Under the pieces are notes generated by a model, which was not told where the DNA came from, did no database searches, and saw only the letters and a list, made by a program, of their open reading frames with translations. Made by a program: the position numbers and the translations under genes. This document shows, piece by piece, positions 1 through 9,756 of a DNA stretch of 64,000 nt. The DNA is from an uncultured bacterium (GTDB lineage: Bacteria > Krumholzibacteriota > Krumholzibacteriia > Krumholzibacteriales > Krumholzibacteriaceae): assembly GCA_963786935.1 (NCBI GenBank), contig CAWBAN010000001.1, positions 1,312,001 through 1,376,000 on the forward strand, given 5' to 3'. Numbering within the stretch: position 1 is the first letter of the stretch; each line of letters begins with the position of its first letter.

Positions 1-422
1 CGCACGCGCTCCACGCCGGAGAGAATCTCGCTGATGATTTTCTGCCGCGGGGCGGCGTTGGGTCGTTCGCGCAAGCCGCGCATGTAGGGAAGGAGCTCGC
101 CGTTCACGAATCCGAAGAAGGCCCCGAGCGCCCCATTCTGCAGCTCCGTTCGCTTCGCCCCGCCCGGCGCGGCCCAATCCTGCCAGCGGTAGGGCGGCTC
201 CAGCGAAGGCGAGAACTCCGAGCTCACGGCCTCGGCCTCCTCCGCCTCGCGCGTCTCGCGCTCGTCGAGAATACGCAGAAAGAGGAGCCAGGTCAGCTCC
301 GGCACGTACTGGAGGGCGCCCGCGCAATTCGAGCGGCGCATGATATCGCAGATCGATTTGACGGCGGAGTTGACCGAGCTTTGGGTGGCGAGGCGTTTGC
401 CGTTGCCGTTCTTGCTTCTCAT
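1..422 (-). CDS. hsdM: Type I RM methyltransferase subunit M, N-terminal part (runs off the window)
   Basis: Not in the ORF track. Manual translation from ATG at 422: MRSKNGNGKRLATQSSVNSAVKSICDIMRRSNCAGALQYVPELTWLLFLRILDERE...YRWQDWA, typical of the HsdM N-terminal domain. Starts 1 bp after the upstream stop. Confidence 0.88.
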   Translation of the reverse strand, partial: MRSKNGNGKRLATQSSVNSAVKSICDIMRRSNCAGALQYVPELTWLLFLRILDERETREAEEAEAVSSEFSPSLEPPYRWQDWAAPGGAKRTELQNGALGAFFGFVNGELLPYMRGLRERPNAAPRQKIISEILSGVERV

Positions 423-423
423 A

Positions 424-1437
424 TCAGGCGACTCCCCCGATGAGGCTCATGGTGAGGTTCACGACGGCATCCTTCTCCGCCGGATCGCTCTCGGCGATCA
501 TGAGGGTAATGGCGACGAGCGCGTTATCCGCGACGCGCTTGGCACCATCCTTCCCGTAGAGGAGGCCGTTCTTCTCCATGAACCAGAGAAAGAGGGCGGC
601 GGCGATGCGCTTGTTCCCGTCCACGAAGCTGTGATTCTTGACCAGAAAATAGAGAAGATGCGCAGCCTTCCCTTCCAGGCTCGGGTAGAGGTCCTTCGCG
701 CCGAAGGTTTGCATGACCGCGGCGAGCGAACTCTGGAGGCTATCGTCCTTCTCCCTGCCGAATAGGTCCGGCGCGCGGAACCTTGTCCGCAGACGGTTGA
801 TGATCCGCTGCGCTTCGTCGTAGTCAATGCCGCGGGCCGGGGCGATTCTGCCCTTCGTCCGCGTTACTCTTTGATGATCGTAATCATCGAGCAAATCCAG
901 GGCGCGGGAGTAATCAGTCACCACATGGAGCAGGGCCTTGGTCTGGTCTGAGGTCACGTCGTACCCGTTCAACACCTTCCCAACGAGTCTGAGCGACTGG
1001 CGCAGTTCCTTCAGTCGCCGCCCATTCACGGAGTAGCCCTTCAGGATATGATCGCGCAGCACACGCGTGGCCCAGATGCGGAACTGTGTGCCGCGTTTGG
1101 AATTCACCCGGTAGCCGACGGAAATTATGGCGTCGAGGTTGAAGTGCTCGACCTGATAGGTCTTGCCGTCGGCGGCAGTTGTTGCAATAAATGCAACAAC
1201 TGAATCCCGATCCAACTCCTTCGTAGCAAATACGTTCTTCAAATGGCGCGAGACCACTGACTTGTCGCGGTCGAATAGCGCAGCCATCTGATCGAGAGTC
1301 AACCAGATCGTTTCTCGCTCGAGTCGCACATCCAATCGCACGGCGCCGTCAGTCGCGCGATACAGCACGATCTCGCCGCCCCCATATCCCGACGTGGATT
1401 CACGTGCAATTGGCTTCTGTCTCTTTGTCGCCATCAC
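424..1437 (-). CDS. RhuM-family N-terminal domain fused to a Fic/Doc domain
   Basis: RhuM motifs ETIWLTLDQMAALF and NLDAIISVGYRVNSKRGTQFRIWAT. C-terminal Fic/Doc motif HSFVDGNKR. Confidence 0.88.
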   Translation of the reverse strand: MMATKRQKPIARESTSGYGGGEIVLYRATDGAVRLDVRLERETIWLTLDQMAALFDRDKSVVSRHLKNVFATKELDRDSVVAFIATTAADGKTYQVEHFNLDAIISVGYRVNSKRGTQFRIWATRVLRDHILKGYSVNGRRLKELRQSLRLVGKVLNGYDVTSDQTKALLHVVTDYSRALDLLDDYDHQRVTRTKGRIAPARGIDYDEAQRIINRLRTRFRAPDLFGREKDDSLQSSLAAVMQTFGAKDLYPSLEGKAAHLLYFLVKNHSFVDGNKRIAAALFLWFMEKNGLLYGKDGAKRVADNALVAITLMIAESDPAEKDAVVNLTMSLIGGVA

Positions 1438-2609
1438 AACTCCCCCGCAAACGCCCGACGCAACAGAACGGTCGGAAGAGCATTGATTTCGTTCAACTGC
1501 GCCCCCAATCCCTCGATCAAGGGTCTGACTTTCTGAATTCTCTCTGTCGCCACCAGCTGCAACGCCCAGGAAGGAACATCGATTACCCCCGAGGTTAGCC
1601 TACGAAACAGCATTCTCTCCCGCACAGCCCCGCGCGCCAGCGAGCGGATGAATTGCTCCCCAAGTGCTGATCTCAACCAATGGTAGAACCATCGATGGTG
1701 CAATACACCAGTGCGGCACTTGAAAACAACATAATCAGGACTTGTTATGCCGACCGTTTCGCCTTGATCCAGTTGTGCGATTGATCCGATCATGATACGC
1801 ATCGGGTTATAGAACACGGTCCCTTCGTCAACCAACTTGTAGCGCCCCGGCGCTTTGCCTACAGGCTCCTTCGCAGGAGCCAACCCTTCGCGTGTGGCGC
1901 CCAGCGCCGGAAAATTATTCCACGAAGAACCTACTCCCTCGGTCACTTCAACCAGGCACTCTTCCAAACTTAAGCGTTCTGTCTTCCCCGAAACAAGCGA
2001 TTCATGGACATAAGCGAATTGTAGAGCTTTGGCGGCATCGAACTGGACCTGGGCGGCGACTTGCGCCCGCTCCACTACCGCCATCTGCTCGTTCAGTGTC
2101 GCCGCGATGCGCTTCTGCTCGGCCAGCGGCGGGAGGAGAATCTCGAACCGTTGAAGATGGGACTTGGAGACTTCGGTGAACGTTGCACCGCTGCCAAGAG
2201 CCTGAAGGTCCGGAACGACCCATTTTAATGACCAGTAGAGAAAAGCCGAATCAACGTCCGGGCCCGGCACAAAGCTCTTGCACCCTTGATTCGTGCAGAG
2301 CGGCACTCCCGCGATTCCCACGTGCCCGATAGGAGCGCGGCTGGACATGACAATGGTTCCAGCCGGTAATATTTCCGTTCCACAGCCTTGATAGCCAGCA
2401 GAAGTGATCCTCCTGCTGGAGCTACTGATTACCCGTCCATCGAGTTTACCAAGATCGGTCGGAGTCACCCAGACGATGTCACCATCCCAATAGTCTGAAT
2501 TTCCGGTGGACGGCGTGGACCCACCGATTACCTGACACACTTCGCCCAACTTTACCCATCGCCATCCGGGAGGGAGATTTCTCTTCGTGAGATTTGTTGA
2601 TTCCCTCAC
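1434..2609 (-). CDS. hsdS: Type I RM specificity subunit S
   Basis: LPPGWRWVKLGEV start, GGSTPS, SSRAPIG, TNQG, PPLAEQKRIA linker helix and C-terminal LLRRAFAGEL. AT-richer than hsdR. Confidence 0.92.
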   Translation of the reverse strand: MRESTNLTKRNLPPGWRWVKLGEVCQVIGGSTPSTGNSDYWDGDIVWVTPTDLGKLDGRVISSSSRRITSAGYQGCGTEILPAGTIVMSSRAPIGHVGIAGVPLCTNQGCKSFVPGPDVDSAFLYWSLKWVVPDLQALGSGATFTEVSKSHLQRFEILLPPLAEQKRIAATLNEQMAVVERAQVAAQVQFDAAKALQFAYVHESLVSGKTERLSLEECLVEVTEGVGSSWNNFPALGATREGLAPAKEPVGKAPGRYKLVDEGTVFYNPMRIMIGSIAQLDQGETVGITSPDYVVFKCRTGVLHHRWFYHWLRSALGEQFIRSLARGAVRERMLFRRLTSGVIDVPSWALQLVATERIQKVRPLIEGLGAQLNEINALPTVLLRRAFAGEL

Positions 2610-4975
2610 GCCGCGAACATCCTCGTCTTGGTTTCCATCAGCACATCCACCGGTTTACCGAGCGATTTCAATGCGGCCAACCCGCCCGCGTCCACGACTT
2701 CCGGCGTCTGGAACACGGCCGGGTTCTCCAATCCCTCGGTGCCGGCGCGAGCGAACTGCCCGGCAATGGCCCGAATTGTTCCCGCCGTTCGCTTAGGCAT
2801 CCCGCTGAGCCAGCCGACATGCTTATACGCGAAGGCATCGGCCCGCTCCGTGCGAGTCTTCGGCGCAAGGCCATATCCCAACTCGGCCAGCACGTCGTAG
2901 AGATCAAAGTCGCGCATCTCTTCGAGGTCGCGCACAAGCACAGCGGAGCGACCGGCATCGGGTAGATGCGCGAGCAATACGTGGCGCTCGGACGGCCTCA
3001 CCCAGGTGGCCCGAAAACGTTCCAGCGTCGGTGCCTCGGCCACCAGCCGCTCGGCGAGACGCTCTTTGTATTCCTCAACGGTCACGGGCATGGCCTTGCC
3101 GTCCACCTCGGTGACAATATAGCGCCCGGCCTCGGTGACCCGCACGTCGAATCCCTCGACACGTATGATGCGCTCCGCGGGTTCCGTCGGCTCGTCGCCG
3201 GGTTTCGGCTCGCGCGGCGGGCGGTGTTTCGTAATGAACTCCTCGCCGAAGAGCCGCGTGGCGTCGGTGTAGTCATAGACGCGGAACATGAGTTTGCCAT
3301 CGGGCGGATACAGGCGCGTGCCGCGGCCGACCATCTGATAGAACGCGATGGGCGAGCGAACATATTTGAAGAAGACGATGTTGCGCACGCAGGGCACATC
3401 CACACCGGTGGTCAGGAGATCCACGGTCGTTGCGATGAAATAGCGGCGGGAGGCTCCGCGCAGGTCGGCAAGGTATTCGTTGCCGCTCGAGGCGGCGGTG
3501 CATTTGAAGGCGAAGGGCTCGGCGCGCGAGCGGCCGTTTCGCGTGCACCAGTCGGCGTAGAAGTTGTTGAGGGCGGCGGCTACGTCGTCGGCGTGGCGGT
3601 CGCGAGCGCAAAAGATGATCGTCTTTTGTTCCGGACCCCCCGTGGCAAGGAGCTGATCGAGCAGGCTTCGGCACATGGCCTCCACGCGCTCGGGCATAAG
3701 CAGACGGTCCTCGAGGCTGGAGGCGGCGTAGTGTTCGCGCGCCTCACCCGCGTTGATGATCTCGCCCGTACCGGCATCGCTGAGCGTCTTGCCGGCCAAG
3801 TCGCCGCGCGTCACGCCGCTTTCGCGCTCGTTGGCGGGTTTGTTGTCATGGAACAGGTCGAAGCGGCGAACCTCGCAGGCGGCGAGATAGCCGTCCTCGA
3901 TGGCCTGGGCCATGTCGTATTCGTAGACCGGCTCCCCGAACCAGCGGATGTTGTCGGCGCTCACCTGAGCGTCGGCGCGGGCTTCCCGAGTATCCTCGCG
4001 CGTGTCGAGGCGACGCGGGGTGGCGGTAAGCCCGATCTGAATGGCCGCGGGATTGCGGGTGAGCACCTGCGACCACTTGCCCCAGGCCGAGCGATGGCAT
4101 TCGTCAATGACGATGTGGCTGAAGTAATCCTCGGGGTAGTGGGTCAGCAGGAAGTTAGCATCCGCGTCGTCGCGGTCCACGTCGAGCGTCTGGTACGTGG
4201 CAACGAGGATGCGGGCGTTCTTCTGCGGGTTGTTGCTAGAGACGGCGGCGGCGTCCGCTCCGAAGACGTTCTGGAATGCGCCGAGGCCCTGGGCGCGGAG
4301 CTCGTCGCGATCGCAGACGAAGAGAGCGCGGCGAAGCTGCCCGGCGTCGGCAATACGCTTCAGCAGATTGACGGCGATGAACGTCTTGCCCGCGCCTGTG
4401 GCAAGCGATAGCAGAGCGCGCTTCTCGCCGCGGGCGATCTTTTCCAGTGCGGCGCGAATTGCGGCGTCCTGATAGTAGCGCCGGGTGGCCTCGCCCCCGG
4501 GGTAACGGGCAAGCATGGGACGCGCGATCTCGGCGTCCAGCTTGAAGCCCATTTTGTCTTCGTAGCGGCGGCGCAGATCGGCGGGCGTCGGGAATTCATT
4601 GAGCGGCAGTGGCTGAGACGTCAGCCCCGTGAAGCGATCATACTCGACGAATAGATGCCCGTTGCTGCAGAAGACGAACGGCACATTGAGACGCTTGCAG
4701 GTGGCGTAGAGCTTTGCCTGCTCCAAGCCGTGCGTGGGCGGCAAGTGCTCGGCCTTTGCCTCGATGAGCGCCATAGCCACGGGCTGGCTTTCCAGGGTAA
4801 CCCTGACACGGAGCACGTAGTCGATTCGCCCTTTCGGGCGGCGCCGCGGCCCACCCTCACCGATCTCAATCGCCCCGGCTGTCTCCTCGCGGCGGATGAG
4901 ATCCTCCGTCCAGCCACGTTGATGGATGGCGGGATCAATAAGTCTCGCCCTGGTGTCAGACTCCGATAAAGCCAT
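2606..4975 (-). CDS. hsdR: Type I RM restriction subunit R (EcoEI-like)
   Basis: SESDTRARLIDP, DYVL...IEAK nuclease motif, ATGAGKT Walker A, DECH box, LTATP, LLTTGVD, QMVGRGTR. Confidence 0.93.
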   Translation of the reverse strand: MALSESDTRARLIDPAIHQRGWTEDLIRREETAGAIEIGEGGPRRRPKGRIDYVLRVRVTLESQPVAMALIEAKAEHLPPTHGLEQAKLYATCKRLNVPFVFCSNGHLFVEYDRFTGLTSQPLPLNEFPTPADLRRRYEDKMGFKLDAEIARPMLARYPGGEATRRYYQDAAIRAALEKIARGEKRALLSLATGAGKTFIAVNLLKRIADAGQLRRALFVCDRDELRAQGLGAFQNVFGADAAAVSSNNPQKNARILVATYQTLDVDRDDADANFLLTHYPEDYFSHIVIDECHRSAWGKWSQVLTRNPAAIQIGLTATPRRLDTREDTREARADAQVSADNIRWFGEPVYEYDMAQAIEDGYLAACEVRRFDLFHDNKPANERESGVTRGDLAGKTLSDAGTGEIINAGEAREHYAASSLEDRLLMPERVEAMCRSLLDQLLATGGPEQKTIIFCARDRHADDVAAALNNFYADWCTRNGRSRAEPFAFKCTAASSGNEYLADLRGASRRYFIATTVDLLTTGVDVPCVRNIVFFKYVRSPIAFYQMVGRGTRLYPPDGKLMFRVYDYTDATRLFGEEFITKHRPPREPKPGDEPTEPAERIIRVEGFDVRVTEAGRYIVTEVDGKAMPVTVEEYKERLAERLVAEAPTLERFRATWVRPSERHVLLAHLPDAGRSAVLVRDLEEMRDFDLYDVLAELGYGLAPKTRTERADAFAYKHVGWLSGMPKRTAGTIRAIAGQFARAGTEGLENPAVFQTPEVVDAGGLAALKSLGKPVDVLMETKTRMFAA

Positions 4976-5037
4976 TTGCCGTGCCCGCTTTCAGTTGGTC
5001 GCGATGCCTGGTCACCGAGGCACCACTGCATGAATCA

Positions 5038-7086
5038 TCATTTGCGTTGGGCTTCGGATTTCTCGCCTTTTGCCTCGGCAGACTTAGGCATGAGTCTCAA
5101 GAGAACTGCTTTCTCGATACGTCTTTTCAAACCGGCTCGAAGATCGTTCAGACAAATGCCAAAGAATAGGTTGAGAATCGTGAAACAAACAACCAGCACA
5201 GCCAATATATAGGCAACCATGCGAAGTCCTGGGGAATGCGGAAAGAATCCCGGAATGCCGAAACTGACGCCCAAAGCCACCGACAGTCCAAGAACCAGGA
5301 AGGTTACATTTGCCGCAACTTTGCCACAGAGCGAAGCGAGCCAATTCAGTCGCATCTCCAGCTGTCTTCTTGCTTCTGCCGTAATAGCTCGATCTTCCTC
5401 AAGCCTACTCATTTTAGTAATGCCTGCCTCGATCTGCACCCTCCGGACTTCCTCCGATGATCTCACCTGCTCATGAACCTCTTCAATCTCCTTTGCTGCG
5501 CGGAGCTCCACGCGTTCGATCTCTTTCCTTGCGCGCTCTTCGTATTCGGCTCGGACGCGGTCAACAACCTCAGACACCGTCGTTGCATCAACATCAAGCT
5601 CATCATCAATCTCCGATAGACGCGATTCGGCTAGATCACTAATAAGCAATGCAACGCTCTCCTCCGAGGATAGCTGACCGGAGATTATGAGTTTTCGCAG
5701 TTCTCTTATAAACGCCTCCCAGATTTCCCGACCGGGCCTAAGCGCCGCAGCACAGAGCGCAACAAGCTCATGCATTCTCAAGCGGGAAGCTGATGCGGGT
5801 TTCTTGATCCAAGCCGCATTGAAGAGATCTCTACAACGCATTATGGGTGGGACGCCGCTCTCTCCTTGGGCTCTATACCATTCGGTCGTGTGTTTCACAA
5901 GCAGCGACGTAGTAGTTACAAAGATTGCTTTTGAATCCTCAATTAGATACGCTCTCTTCCCAGCTCGGTAGGTTATTATCGCCGCTATGCAGTCTACATC
6001 ATGGTCGACTCTTGCATCCGGCTCCGTTTGACCTTCTTTTAGCAATCGCTCCGATAAGCTCTTCTCCTCAAACGTGTAGGCCTTTGTTCGCTGGGGAAAC
6101 TCTCTAATCCCAATACCCAATTGTTTCACGTTGAGTTCCAGCAAGGCGCCAATCTGCTTGACATCACTTGGAGTGCAATGATTCTTCAAGAAGTACCTGC
6201 TCAAAGGGGTTTGCCAAAGACTTAGCATTCCATCGGGAGTTGACAGATGCTCAATGTATACACTGAGAATCCTTTTCATTTCCGCGAGTGTTCGATCAAA
6301 CACAAAGAGCGTGGCCCCCAAGTCCGTCAACAGACCAATACCTTCCCTTGAAACCACCTTCTCTGCCTCACCCTCCAATCCGAGAATCCGGAAGAGAATA
6401 CGAGAGTCAAGAAAGACCTCAAGCAATCGAAATCTCCTTTCCACATCAGCGATGTCCTTTAAGAGGAGGACCTTCTGCAACACGTACCCTTCAACCATTC
6501 TCTGTATTCTGTCAGCCTCATCAGGTTTATTGCTCAGGACAAACTGGAAATACGCGGCTATTGTCCTAACAGAACTTGAAGTCATTGAGACTGCTTCAGC
6601 AGGACCCGTATTAGCATCGCTTGAGAGAAGAACAGTCATGTAGTTCTGATCTAGAAATCCAAGCAGCAGTGATAGAGCTTCTTCGTCGCTTGCTATTACC
6701 ATATCCCGGGCTAATGCAAAGTCTCTAAGGCTCCGTGCAATACCCAAGTGTTCTGATTCAATTGTTTTTCTGGTTTCAAGCAAATCCTTTTCTGCTCTAA
6801 AGGAAGGTTCTCGGAAGAAGCGACCAACCTCGCGCCGCAAGCTTCCTTTCTTTACTTTCACTGCCCTACTTAGAAGAGTCCTAAGCGGGTCCTCCGGTAT
6901 GTCCAGACTATGCCTTTCATTGATGGCGGTACGCAGATCACTGACAACAAAATTATCAAGAGGCATTGCAGCGATAGTATCGAGAACGAATGGCATAAAC
7001 ATATCTGCATGGTCCTTGCCCAAGTCAAAATAGACTTTCAGCATTGCTATTGTTGCTAAGCCCTTCGACGCTCTAGCTGGTGCCAT
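5038..7086 (-). CDS. Hypothetical 682-aa protein with putative PIN-like domain, coiled coil and two C-terminal TM helices
   Basis: Long intact ORF in AT-richer DNA with GGGGGA RBS. Motifs VFLDSRILF, TLAE, HDVD, IFVT. Hydrophobic C-terminal segments. Confidence 0.8.
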   Translation of the reverse strand: MAPARASKGLATIAMLKVYFDLGKDHADMFMPFVLDTIAAMPLDNFVVSDLRTAINERHSLDIPEDPLRTLLSRAVKVKKGSLRREVGRFFREPSFRAEKDLLETRKTIESEHLGIARSLRDFALARDMVIASDEEALSLLLGFLDQNYMTVLLSSDANTGPAEAVSMTSSSVRTIAAYFQFVLSNKPDEADRIQRMVEGYVLQKVLLLKDIADVERRFRLLEVFLDSRILFRILGLEGEAEKVVSREGIGLLTDLGATLFVFDRTLAEMKRILSVYIEHLSTPDGMLSLWQTPLSRYFLKNHCTPSDVKQIGALLELNVKQLGIGIREFPQRTKAYTFEEKSLSERLLKEGQTEPDARVDHDVDCIAAIITYRAGKRAYLIEDSKAIFVTTTSLLVKHTTEWYRAQGESGVPPIMRCRDLFNAAWIKKPASASRLRMHELVALCAAALRPGREIWEAFIRELRKLIISGQLSSEESVALLISDLAESRLSEIDDELDVDATTVSEVVDRVRAEYEERARKEIERVELRAAKEIEEVHEQVRSSEEVRRVQIEAGITKMSRLEEDRAITAEARRQLEMRLNWLASLCGKVAANVTFLVLGLSVALGVSFGIPGFFPHSPGLRMVAYILAVLVVCFTILNLFFGICLNDLRAGLKRRIEKAVLLRLMPKSAEAKGEKSEAQRK

Positions 7087-7251
7087 TGTTCCCCCTACGC
7101 GCTTAAATGAACTCTCGTTTTTCCAGGAATATCTTACTTGGAGAATATTACCCTATGTCTTAATAGGCTGCACACCAATTTATTTCACTACAGTCATAGC
7201 TGGGAGAGTTGGCTAGCTCCGCTCCATATAATAACACGCCGTAGCCTATCG

Positions 7252-9684
7252 TTACCTTTGTTTCTTGTGCAGTTCCGCGCGGAGCTTCCCCTGCAGCTCG
7301 ATCGGGAGCGCCTTCCCTTTCGGGCGTTCCGGCGCCGGCGCCTCGTCGCGAGCGCGCTCCGCGGGCCGCGGCACGTACGGCTCTTTCTGCAAGAGCGCGT
7401 GGAGAATGACGAGCGCCGCCTCCTTGTCGGGGATCATCCCCTTCCCTCCCGCCTCGGGATCGAGCTGGGAGAAGGGCGGTATCGGCGAGCCGACGCATGA
7501 CGGGCAGCCGTGGCTGCACGGGCACGTCACGATGAGCTCGAGCGCCGCGGTCATGATTTCCTCGACGAGATCGTACGCCTTGAGCGAGAAGCCGAGCCCG
7601 CCGGGATATTTGTCGTAGAGATAGACCGCGGGGCTGTCGGTCGAGCGGGAGTTCACCGTCGTGCCGATGTCGAGCGGATCGCACATCACGTAGAGCGGCG
7701 TCACCTCGCGGAGCACGTTCGAGAGGCCGAGGAGCCCCTCCCCCGGCACGCGCCCGTGCCGCCGCACCTCGGCGAAGACCTCCTGCGGCGGCACGACCCA
7801 CACCCCCGCCGTCTCGAGAATCTGCGGAGGGAGGTCGCATTTGCCGTAGCCGATCGAGTCGCGGCTTCCGAACTTGATCTTCCTGAACATGAAGGTGAGG
7901 CTCGTCACGGAGACGTCGCCGAAACAGACCTTACTGATCCGCCACTCCTTCGCCTTCTCCTCGCGGTCCACCTTCACCTGCACCTCGGTGATCGACTGCG
8001 TGTAGTAGTCGACGTTCGTGGGCTCGACGAAGGCGACTTTCTTGTCGGTGTCGAGCTTGTTCACGAAGTACGTCTCGGCCTCGTGGAGGTAGATCGCCTG
8101 CGGGTGCACCTGCTGGAAGGCGCTCGTCTCGTCGATCGTGCCGATGACCTTCGCGCCGTCTTTCTCGTTCACGATCGTGTAGACGTTCGGCGAGATGTTG
8201 CGGAGGTTCACGTCGGCGCTCGGGTATCCCTTCCCGGTCCAGTACCATTTGCCCTTGAGGAACTTTACGTCGTGCTCGTCCTCGAGGAGCTCGAGGATCG
8301 CGGGAGCGAACTCCCCCATCGCCTCGACCTCCTTCACCTCGAGCGGGAGCTCGAAGGCGCCGGAGCGGAGGTGCGCCATGAGGATGTGCGGATTCCCCGG
8401 ATCGATGATCGCGTTCTCGGGGGATTTGCCGAAGAAGTACTCCGGATGGCTCACGAGGTACTGATCGAGGGGCGTGTTGTACGGGATGAATATCGTGAGC
8501 GCCTCTTCCTTGCCGCGCCCCGCGCGCCCCGCCTGCTGCCACGTCGAGGCGATGCTTCCCGGATAGCCGACGATGACCGAGGCATGAAGGGCGCCCACGT
8601 CGATCCCGAGCTCGAGCGCGTTCGTGCTGATGACGGCCTTGAGATCGCCGCTGAAGAGCCGCCTCTCGATTTCCCGCCGCTCCTCGGGGAGATAGCCGCC
8701 GCGGTACGGATGCACGGAGTCCTTCATCGAGGCGCGGTGCTTGCCGAGCATCTCGCGCGTGTATCGCGTGATGACCTCGCTCACGACGCGTGCGCGCACG
8801 AAGGCGATCGTCTGGACGTCGTCGAGCACGAGCTTCGTCACGAGCTCCGCGGCCTCGATGTTCGAGCTCCGCCGCTCCATCTCGCCGACGTCGATCGTCG
8901 GGGGATTCCAGAAGAGAAACTGCTTGCGGCCGCGCGGGGAGCCGTCCTCGGCGATCACCGTGACCTTCCGCCCGAGGAGCTTCTCGGCGTGCTCGCCGGG
9001 ATTGGCGATCGTGGCCGAGGAGGCGGCGAAGACGGGATGCGCCCCGTAGTGGGCCGCGATGCGGTCGAGCCTCCGCATCACGTTCGCGATGTGCGAGCCG
9101 AAGATTCCGCGGTAGGTGTGGATCTCGTCGATCACGATATACTGCAGCCGCGAGATGAAATTCGCCCACTTCGCGTGGTTCGGGAGGATTCCCGAATGGA
9201 GCATGTCGGGGTTCGTGAGGAGCACCTTCGCCTCCTCGCGGAGCTTCCGGCGGCTCGAGGCCGGCGTGTCGCCGTCGTAGGTGCCCGCCTCGAACCTGAT
9301 CCCCTTCGGTCCCATGTAACGCTGGAGCACGCGGAGCTGATCCTGCGCGAGCGCCTTCGTCGGATAGAGGTAGAGGGCGCGCGCCTCGGGATCCTCGATG
9401 AGGCTCGAGAGCACGGGGATGTTGTAGCAGAGCGTCTTTCCGCTCGCGGTCGAGGTGACGATGACGACGTCCGCGCCGGCGCGGAGGCTCTTCACCGCCT
9501 CGACCTGATGCACGTAGAGCTTCTCGATGCCGGTGCCCTTGAGGAGCTTCGCGAGCTTCTCGGGGAGCGGCGGCTCCAGCTCGCCGAAGCGCGCGGCCCG
9601 CGTCGGGATCGTGTGCTTGTGGGCGATCTGCCCCTTGTAGAACTCCTCGACCTGAACCTTCTTGAGAAACTTGGTGACTTCCAC
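7252..9684 (-). CDS. YprA/MrfA/SftH-like DEAH-box helicase with C-terminal Zn-binding (DUF1998) domain
   Basis: TSTASGKT, YPTKALAQDQ, DEIH, SATIANP, TNALELGID, QQAGRAGR, CPCSHGCPSC. Confidence 0.93.
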   Translation of the reverse strand: MEVTKFLKKVQVEEFYKGQIAHKHTIPTRAARFGELEPPLPEKLAKLLKGTGIEKLYVHQVEAVKSLRAGADVVIVTSTASGKTLCYNIPVLSSLIEDPEARALYLYPTKALAQDQLRVLQRYMGPKGIRFEAGTYDGDTPASSRRKLREEAKVLLTNPDMLHSGILPNHAKWANFISRLQYIVIDEIHTYRGIFGSHIANVMRRLDRIAAHYGAHPVFAASSATIANPGEHAEKLLGRKVTVIAEDGSPRGRKQFLFWNPPTIDVGEMERRSSNIEAAELVTKLVLDDVQTIAFVRARVVSEVITRYTREMLGKHRASMKDSVHPYRGGYLPEERREIERRLFSGDLKAVISTNALELGIDVGALHASVIVGYPGSIASTWQQAGRAGRGKEEALTIFIPYNTPLDQYLVSHPEYFFGKSPENAIIDPGNPHILMAHLRSGAFELPLEVKEVEAMGEFAPAILELLEDEHDVKFLKGKWYWTGKGYPSADVNLRNISPNVYTIVNEKDGAKVIGTIDETSAFQQVHPQAIYLHEAETYFVNKLDTDKKVAFVEPTNVDYYTQSITEVQVKVDREEKAKEWRISKVCFGDVSVTSLTFMFRKIKFGSRDSIGYGKCDLPPQILETAGVWVVPPQEVFAEVRRHGRVPGEGLLGLSNVLREVTPLYVMCDPLDIGTTVNSRSTDSPAVYLYDKYPGGLGFSLKAYDLVEEIMTAALELIVTCPCSHGCPSCVGSPIPPFSQLDPEAGGKGMIPDKEAALVILHALLQKEPYVPRPAERARDEAPAPERPKGKALPIELQGKLRAELHKKQR

Positions 9685-9756
9685 GAGCGCTCCTTTGCGC
9701 CGCCGCGAGGCGCCGTGCGGACGGCGCGCCGCCGCGCGGGCGGCCCGCCGATTATA

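Noticed and set aside
7252..9684. Helicase as DISARM DrmA/DrmB or a Druantia component
   Set aside because: It is a single-chain YprA-type protein paired with YprB and has host-like composition. No other DISARM or Druantia genes are visible.
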